From NCBI GenBank assembly GCA_963830625.1, contig CAWHMZ010000020.1, positions 1 through 64,000 of the forward strand: a stretch of DNA of 64,000 nucleotides, written 5' to 3'. Within the stretch, counting starts at the first letter, position 1; the number at the start of each line of letters is the position of its first letter. Shown piece after piece: positions 57,793 to 64,000 of this stretch. The notes under the pieces are model-generated. The model saw only the letters and a list, made by a program, of their open reading frames with translations. It was not told the DNA's origin and did no database searches. A program made the translations under genes and the position numbers. This DNA is from an uncultured Isosphaeraceae bacterium. Lineage in GTDB: Bacteria > Planctomycetota > Planctomycetia > Isosphaerales > Isosphaeraceae.

Positions 57793-57993
57793 TCACTTCT
57801 TCGTGCGCGTTCGGCGGCGCTGTCGTCGGACGCGAAGCCTCTTCCCTGTCAACCGCTCCAACTCCTTCCCGGCCTTTGCGAAATAAGCCTGGACTTCGCT
57901 GGCGTCCAGGCCTTCAGTCTCTTCGGCAACCTGCTCCTTGATGCGATCGAGGTCGTCCAGGTACTGATCGAGCGTTTCGTAAACTTCCCTCAT
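57793..57993 (-). CDS. Small 66-aa protein, acidic at the N-terminus and highly basic at the C-terminus. Overlaps the PIN gene stop by 4 nt (ATGA). Possible partner or antitoxin in the reverse gene order.
   Basis: Translational coupling with the upstream PIN ORF. No recognised fold. Confidence 0.35.
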   Translation of the reverse strand: MREVYETLDQYLDDLDRIKEQVAEETEGLDASEVQAYFAKAGKELERLTGKRLRVRRQRRRTRTKK

Positions 57994-58478
57994 TTTAGGA
58001 CCTCGAATGGAGTACAGATCTCCAGTGGCTGAGTCCGACCTTCCAGTAGATTGACAGCATTAAACAGCTCCCTCTTCCGCGCATTGGCCAGATGCCGATG
58101 ATTCCAGCTTACCAGAATGTCGACGCCGCCGAGCGTCGCAAGCGCAACGTGTCGTGCGTCATCGCGCTTTTTGGCAGGCACAATTCCCGCCTTGATATAT
58201 TCGTCAGCCAGCTCCTCGCTCGCGGAATTCGGCGAGAGTTCGATAGGAAGCAACCGGTTGATCTCGACCAACATTTGCGCAGCTTCCGTGGCGCCGGCAC
58301 GGACAATTTCCTGAAGCACGACCGTAGAGATGTAAGGGACGAACAAACCCGATTGACACTGGCGCAGGAACTGCTTTGTGGGCTCGCGCAAAGCACGGGG
58401 CTGGGAGGGCAAGGTCATTCCCCAGGCGCTGGTCTCCACGTAGACCTTCGGCGCTGCCGTGCTGCGTATCCCGCGCAT
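57990..58478 (-). CDS. PIN-domain protein (VapC-like nuclease).
   Basis: KVYVETSAW...VVLQEIV...DDARHVALATLGGVDILVSWNHRHLA (LVxxNxxHF-type PIN C-terminal motif). Confidence 0.55.
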   Translation of the reverse strand: MRGIRSTAAPKVYVETSAWGMTLPSQPRALREPTKQFLRQCQSGLFVPYISTVVLQEIVRAGATEAAQMLVEINRLLPIELSPNSASEELADEYIKAGIVPAKKRDDARHVALATLGGVDILVSWNHRHLANARKRELFNAVNLLEGRTQPLEICTPFEVLK

Positions 58479-58759
58479 AATTCCTGGACTCTACGGTGAA
58501 CCAGCGTCTGTCACGTAAAGACTTCGGCGCTTCGGCCGCCACTACGCCAGTACGATGTGAATTTGGCCTGCAACTCACGCGATGCAATGCATTTTCCGAA
58601 TTTGCCGCGCGGCTGCAACGCTCTTGCGACACTGACGCTTTATCAAATTGTTCCCGCCTTCGCGTGTCCGTCAACGGCAAAGAGGATCAAGCGCGGGGTG
58701 TCCGGAGCCCTCGTCGAACTAGCACGCCTGTGTCCTCTTGCCCCCTTGTCGTTGTTGTC

Positions 58760-59200
58760 GCCGACGTGAATCGGCATGTGCACGTCTTCGATGCAGTGGA
58801 TCAGGAACCGCAGCGCGAACCGCCGTTCCTCAACCGTCTTGCTCTGGTCCTTGATCACGAGCCGGAACTCCTTGATCTTGTCGACCACGCAGCCTTTGTC
58901 TGGGACGTCGCCGCTGAACTTCTTGTCATACTTGGGTTCGTCGAGGGGCACGTCGACGTAGTGCCACGGGGCTGTCTTGGGCAGCTCCCGGCGGTGCTCG
59001 TCGGCCCAGGTTGACGCGTCGGCCAGCGATTCGCCTGGCTCTAGCAGAGCGGCGACACCGGCCTTTGCGGTGGGAACCATGTGCTTGTCGGCGAGCCGAG
59101 AGATGACGCGGTGGCCGAGGCGGCCCCAAGCCCAGCAGGGCGTGGCCTGCAAGGTGACCAACAGCGCGACGATCAGGGTAAGGCGAAGCGTGCGGCCCAT
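58760..59200 (-). pseudogene. S1/P1 nuclease gene, 5' part only (about 147 of an expected ~270 aa). Homology ends abruptly near 58760.
   Basis: ATG at 59200. Signal peptide MGRTLRLTLIVALLVTLQATPCWA, then WGRLGHRVISRLA...ASTWADEHRR...APWHYVDVP...IHCIEDVHMPIHVGDNNDKG, then unrelated sequence. Confidence 0.65.
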
Positions 59201-59787
59201 GTCGTTACTCCGCCGTTGGTGTGTCGGTCCGGCCGAAGAGGATTGATTATGGCAACCATGGTCGAGCGCGGCAACCGGGTTGTTGGGCCTGCCGCTCGAC
59301 TCGCGCCCCCCGCTCTGGCACACTGATATCTGCCCAGCTGTGCGACGACGCGGAAGTGTCGGGCTGGGGTGGCTCGTCGTCGATGACACGCTGACGCGTG
59401 ACATGAAGTCGTCGGCGGGTCTTAACTCCGTCGGCTGGAGTGGGCTCCTCCAATCGTCCGGCCCCGACATCATCAGAGAACGGTTGCGCCGATGTTCAGG
59501 GTCAGCCACCTAGACGGAGATGTTACCGATGTCCTCTCGGTCGATCGTATCGAGCCCGTGACCCGTTCGGGCCCGCTAGTATGTCGCTGCCACATCGACG
59601 AGATCATCGCCGATCCGCTGCCGGCAGGTTCTACGTCGCGGCGCTGGGGTGTCGGCATCCAGCGGGCTGATGGATCGGTGGTGATCGAGCATGATCGGTG
59701 GTAAGCAAAGAGATTCTGAGGGGGCGTTGACAATGGTCAACTTTCTGAAGCGTAATTGCGCTTTGCTCTTCAACTTTCTGAACCTAC

Positions 59788-61066
59788 TGAAGTGGACCCC
59801 AAAAACTGGACAGCAAACGAGGTAAGTTTCGCTAGACGTGGACAGTATGCGCGAACCCCCTGCGGTTGGTGGACCGTGAGTTTTCGAGGCTCTCCTGGAA
59901 CACCTCCCACGGCGTTCGGTATCCCAGGCCTTGATGCTTGCGCTCGTACGTGTAGAAGTCGAAGTACTGTGTGAGGCCCGTTTCCAGATCGGCGACAAGG
60001 TCGTACACCTTGAGGTAAATCTCCTCGTACTTCACGCTACGCCAGAGGCGCTCAATAAACGCGTTGTCCAACGCGCGTCCGCGTCCGTCCATGCTGATTG
60101 CCACACCGTGGCTCTGCAGGCGCATCGTGCACGCTTCGCTGGTGTACTGGCTTCCTTGGTCGCTGTTGAAGATATCGGGCCGGTATTGGTCCAGAGCTTC
60201 GTCCAGGGCTTCCACGCAGAACGACGTGTCCATCGTGTTGGACAATCGCCAAGCCAGGACATGCCGACTGTACCAATCCATGATCGCCACCAGATACATG
60301 AATCCGTTCCTCATCGGCACGTAGGTGATGTCGCTGCACCAGACCTGGTTCGCCCGATCGATTGTCAAGCCGCGCAGCAGGTATGGATACACCTTATGGC
60401 CCGGGGCGGGAATCGTCGTTTTTCGCGGGTAAATGGCCTCGATGCCCATCAGCCTCATGAGCCGCTGGATGCGCTTGCGGTTGATGGGACTTCCCTCCTC
60501 TCCCAAATGCAGAGCCATCCGCCGGCTGCCATAGAATGGCGTTCGGAGGTGCTGGCTCGTCGATCCGACGCATCAGCATCAGGTCCTCTTCAGTCGCCGC
60601 GGCCGGCGAGTAGTAGTACGTGCTCCGCGGCAGGCCCAGCAGCTCGCACTGTCGTGCGATGCTGATCCGCGGCTCGGCCGGATCGATCCAGCGGCGTAAC
60701 TCAGATGCCCCCCTTGGCAAATTTTTTTTTGAGCCAATCCAGCTCGACGTTTAGCCGGCCAATCTGCTCGTAGAGTTCTGCCTGCGAAACAATCTCCTCG
60801 GTTCGCCGCTCCGCCCCGTCGAAGACGGTTCCTGCTTCCTCGACGAGTCGCTTCTTCCACTGATGAACCAGCGTGGAATGAATCCCGAACCGCTTAGAGA
60901 TTTGCCCAAGCGTCTCCCGCTCCTTGATTGCTTCCAGTGCGACGCGCGCCTTGAATCCCGACTCGTACCGCTTCTTGCGCTTGGCCATTGCGTGCCTCCA
61001 TGCACACGGGTCCTGCCACTGCCAAGCTCTAGCTTAACCTGCTGTCCAGTTTTTGGGGTCCATTTC
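59788..61066 (-). mobile_element. Second IS3-family insertion sequence. orfA is 60701..60988. orfB is split into 60394..60720 and 59832..60518 (an extra frameshift at about 60500). A9 slippery run at 60722-60730. ~40-bp terminal IRs beginning TGAAGTGGACCCCAAAAACTGGACAGCA. Flanked by a 3-bp TAC duplication.
   Basis: OrfA MAKRKKRYESGFKARVALEAIKERETLGQISKRFGIHSTLVHQWKK (HTH). OrfB ...VWCSDITYVPMRNGFMYLVAIMDWYSRHVLAWRLS...FNSDQGSQYTS...NAFIERLWRSVKYEEIY (DDE). The IRs at 59788-59835 and the reverse complement of 61029-61066 match. TAC is present on both flanks. Confidence 0.85.
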
Positions 61067-61076
61067 ATACCTCTCT

Positions 61077-61893
61077 CGTGCTTTTCAACTTTGTCAAGCG
61101 CCACTCGCTCTTAACCGTCATGGCGGTGGCCATTTTGATTGTCATCCTCCCTTGGTCGTGGCTCTGGTGGGTGACGCTTGAGTCCTTCCAAGCAACTGGA
61201 AAACGCGACCTTGGCGCGCACGGTCAGTTCGGGGACGCTTTTGGTTCTCTTAATGCGTTGTTCACTGGCTTGGCGCTCATCGGCCTCGTCTATACGGTCT
61301 ACCTCCAGAGGAAACAAACTGAAGCCCAAACAGAACAGCTCGACGCCCAAAAACTTGAAGCGAGCAGACAAGCGAGAGAGCAGTTCCTCACAGCACGACT
61401 AAACGCGCAAGTGGCGTTGCTCCAGACGAAATCTGCGTATAACGAAGTGGCGCGCGACGACTCCGAGGTCGATCCAGCGATCGCACGCGACGCCGCGAAG
61501 AGGCAAGTTCTCCTTGCTTCGATCGCGATAGAGCTTATAAGGCAGGAAGTAAAGCAGGGGTTCGAGGGCGGCGCATGGTCAGCGACTGTTGAAAAGGAAG
61601 CCATCCGCGGGTACTTCGTCGCACTACTTCAGGGATATTGCAACGTGTGCGGTTGGCTACACGCGCGTGGGGCTTACGACTTAGCCACGGCTCAAAGCGA
61701 GCACCTAAGAGCGGTGTGCGAGCAACTTGAATTCCTCGCCGAGTATCTTCGGATCGGACACTTGGAAGCATCGAACGTAGTGGTCGCAGCGGCTTCGAAA
61801 CTTCGGGGATTCCAGAACGAACCGAACCGGGCGCTAGAGTGGTGCGGAGTCGCCGAGTCGATGTATCGTCGCGGCGAAAAACCGTGGGCGTAA
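61077..61893 (+). CDS. Hypothetical membrane protein. IS3 copy 2 is inserted about 10 bp upstream of its start.
   Basis: GTG/ATG start region. TM helices (AVAILIVILPWSWLWWV; LNALFTGLALIGLVYTVYL), then a coiled-coil-like stretch. Confidence 0.5.
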
Positions 61894-62596
61894 CACCCCT
61901 TCAGATTCTTTGGTAACGGACACACAATCCGTCGGTTTGCACGTCCAGCCGTAAACCGGCCCTCTTCACCCCACGACAAATCACTCCCTGGGTCGCCGCC
62001 GATGGCCCAGCCGCGGCTCGTCTGCGACGCCATGCCCCACGTGTTGCGCATCTGCAAAGGTCGCGACGTCAGCGGCCTCTTCGATTCGGTCGACTCCTTC
62101 GAGGCGTTCGCCCGCGACCACGGTCCCGGCAGATACGACGTCGACGAGCACTCTCTCGACCCGATCCGCTGGTCTGCGTCCTGACAGGACCGACATCGAC
62201 CCCGGCCGCCCGCTCTGGCAAAGTTGGTCCGGCCCAGCCTCGAGACAAGACTGCGAGCGTCTGACAGGGCGGGTTCTTCGGCGTGCTCCGCGAATGTCCT
62301 CCAACGCCGTCTGCTGGGGCAGTCTCCTCCATTGGCCGGCCTCGGCATCGTGACAGCGCGGACGATTGGCAATGCAAGATCGTCAGCGCCTGGAACCTCT
62401 GGGGGCGCCAGCGCGGCGCGGACAGCCAGTGGCGATCAGATGGCAGGCGATGCGGCTAGGGCGATCCGAGCCCCGTCGGTGGCCGTCCAGCCTGAGCGCG
62501 GTCGTTCCGGAGCTGCCCGTTGAGATGAACGCCGCAGCAATCTATCATGAGTCATCCGCCGACGTTAGGCATCCCCCGTTGTGGAGCGACAGTCCG

Positions 62597-63199
62597 ATGA
62601 TGGTCCGATGCCCGAACTGCGGTCATTCCGGTAAGCTCCCCTCCAACGTGCAACCCATACCGGGCAGAATCCGCTGCCCTAGCTGCGGTCGCGGCTTCGA
62701 TACCCAAGCTGCAATGCTTGGCCAGAGAGGTCTCTCTGACGCCCCGCGGGATTTAGCGACCGGTCCGCGACCCGAATCGGAAGAGGAAGCAATTGAGATT
62801 CCCGATGACGGCCTCGGGAATCTGAACATCGATGTTTCTGAAGAGTATGAGCTTTCCGGAGAAACCGGACCGCCTATAAGTCTCCCACCCGCCCCGTGGT
62901 TCTATGGATTTCTCGACGCATGGGGGAACCTTTACCTAGTCGCGGCCGGCTTGATTTTGGCCGCCGTGTTGATCGGACTACTCGCTAGCGTGCTCGGGGC
63001 CATTCCAAATGTTCACGCTCTAGGGCTCTGGGAATTGCTCGCTGTCGCCCTGGTCGTCGCCCCAATTCTGATCTTCTTGCTGACGTGTGCGGCCGTCATA
63101 TTCTTGATCGTCGACCAAGCCCGAAATATTCGTCGGCTGACCCTGCATGCTGAGCGCATGGAATCGATTCTGAGAAGTGAGTCGAGAAAGCGTCCTTGA
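62597..63199 (+). CDS. MJ0042-family zinc-finger (double zinc ribbon) protein with two C-terminal TM helices.
   Basis: ATG ATG at 62597. MMVRCPNCGHSGKLPSNVQPIPGRIRCPSCGRGFDT fits the MJ0042 CXXC...CXXC pattern. TM helices at 62900-63120. Confidence 0.55.
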   Translation: MMVRCPNCGHSGKLPSNVQPIPGRIRCPSCGRGFDTQAAMLGQRGLSDAPRDLATGPRPESEEEAIEIPDDGLGNLNIDVSEEYELSGETGPPISLPPAPWFYGFLDAWGNLYLVAAGLILAAVLIGLLASVLGAIPNVHALGLWELLAVALVVAPILIFLLTCAAVIFLIVDQARNIRRLTLHAERMESILRSESRKRP

Positions 63200-63342
63200 T
63201 TGAGGAACAATCAGAATGGATCGGGGGTCGGACGCTAGAGGATCGGGGCCGACGGATGATCCGGCGATCCCGTTTACAATCCCCCCTGTGTTGCTTTCCG
63301 CGTGCATTGCGTCCCGGAGTACTCGTCTAGCGGTATGTGGAC

Positions 63343-63609
63343 CTAATGCCAAGGGGCAGTCTTGGGCAGCTCACGGCGGTGCTCGTCGGCCCAGGTCGAG
63401 GCGTCGGCCAGCGACTCACCTTCGTCGAGCAGGGCCTTGATGGCCTCTTTGGCCTTGGGGCTCAGGTACTTTTCGGCGATCCGGCTGATGACCCGGTGAC
63501 CGAGGCGTCCCCAGGCCCAGACGGGTGTTGCGGTCTGGAGCGCCATTAGTATAGCGATGGTCGCGACCACGGAGCGCCAGCTTGGTCGAGTGCAACAAGG
63601 ACGCATCAT
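63343..63609 (-). pseudogene. Second, shorter S1/P1 nuclease 5' fragment (ends at ...TAPWH).
   Basis: MMRPCCTRPSWRSVVATIAILMALQTATPVWAWGRLGHRVISRIAEKYL...ASTWADEHRRELPKTAPWH. About 85% nucleotide identity to 58930-59010. The junction is at 63343. Confidence 0.6.
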
Positions 63610-63726
63610 TGGCTCCGGCGGGGGAAAAAACTGTGGGTGCGTTGAGGGCTCGATTATGATCAGATCACGACCGCGCTGCAATCAGCGCGGGAAGGGGTGA
63701 CGCAGCTCCAGCAGGAAGGGCTTTGC

Positions 63727-64000
63727 AATGAGCGACGAACAGAAAATCGCGATCATCCTGCACGGGCCGCCCACCACGGGGAAGACGACGATCAGCTCTG
63801 AGATCTGCCGCCGAATGGCCGGGGAAGCCAGATGGATTCACCTTGACCAGGGCTGGGGTGGACCGGGTGATCCCAAGGATCGATCGAAGGAATCCGGCTA
63901 CTCAGACATCCAGAACGCGAGGGAGCGGGTATTGATCCTCGAATTAGCCGACGGCGAGCCTTCAGATCCGAACGTAAAAGGGGCAACACGCGGTGCCGAG
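63727..64000 (+). CDS. P-loop NTPase / kinase-like protein, partial at the window end.
   Basis: IAIILHGPPTTGKTT Walker A motif. Confidence 0.45.

Overview
The window is high-GC (roughly 68-72% from position 1 to about 53.9 kb, by eye) and looks like Planctomycetota-type DNA. Indicators are an ECF sigma factor paired with a giant Ser/Thr kinase carrying TPR repeats, an N-terminal 'LEDRTLLS'-type secreted beta-helix repeat protein, and many spurious overlapping ORFs in all six frames. A clearly lower-GC mosaic region runs from about 53.9 kb to the window end, downstream of tRNA-Arg(TCG) at 53065-53137 (the intervening 53.1-53.9 kb, including the 82-bp satellite, is still GC-rich).

Housekeeping genes I can support:
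- tgt-yajC-secDF operon (the SecDF fusion is intact at 1019 aa), plus birA and a DUF454/YbaN-like protein.
- An amino-acid biosynthesis cluster: hom, an apgM-family enzyme that is probably a non-canonical homoserine kinase, a four-ACT-domain aspartokinase, and argG.
- A U32 peptidase, a heavy-metal P-type ATPase followed by three SPFH/band-7 (HflK/HflC-like) genes, a DUF885 protein, and a TPR protein with two RNA-polymerase alpha-CTD-like domains.

Accessory and mobile content:
- A four-repeat type I-C-like CRISPR mini-array (18883-19111) with no cas genes anywhere in the window. It sits next to a PIN/RHH toxin-antitoxin pair, and the ~2 kb segment carrying both is bracketed by ~55-bp inverted repeats.
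- Two IS3-family elements with A-run programmed-frameshift sites. A second PIN protein. Two truncated copies of an S1/P1 nuclease gene.
- Decayed PDDEXK (DUF1016) genes and a DUF4351 fragment.
- A duplicated ~530-bp module that encodes a conserved ~130-aa protein. One copy sits just upstream of a SAM-methyltransferase of the kind found on integrative/conjugative elements.
- A five-copy 82-bp hairpin-containing tandem repeat immediately downstream of the tRNA.

Caveat on gene integrity: most long genes are broken by single-base frameshifts, often at homopolymer runs, while a few long genes are perfectly intact. This points to uneven sequence quality rather than biology. All coordinates of frameshifted genes are approximate, and my manual base indexing may be off by 1 in places.
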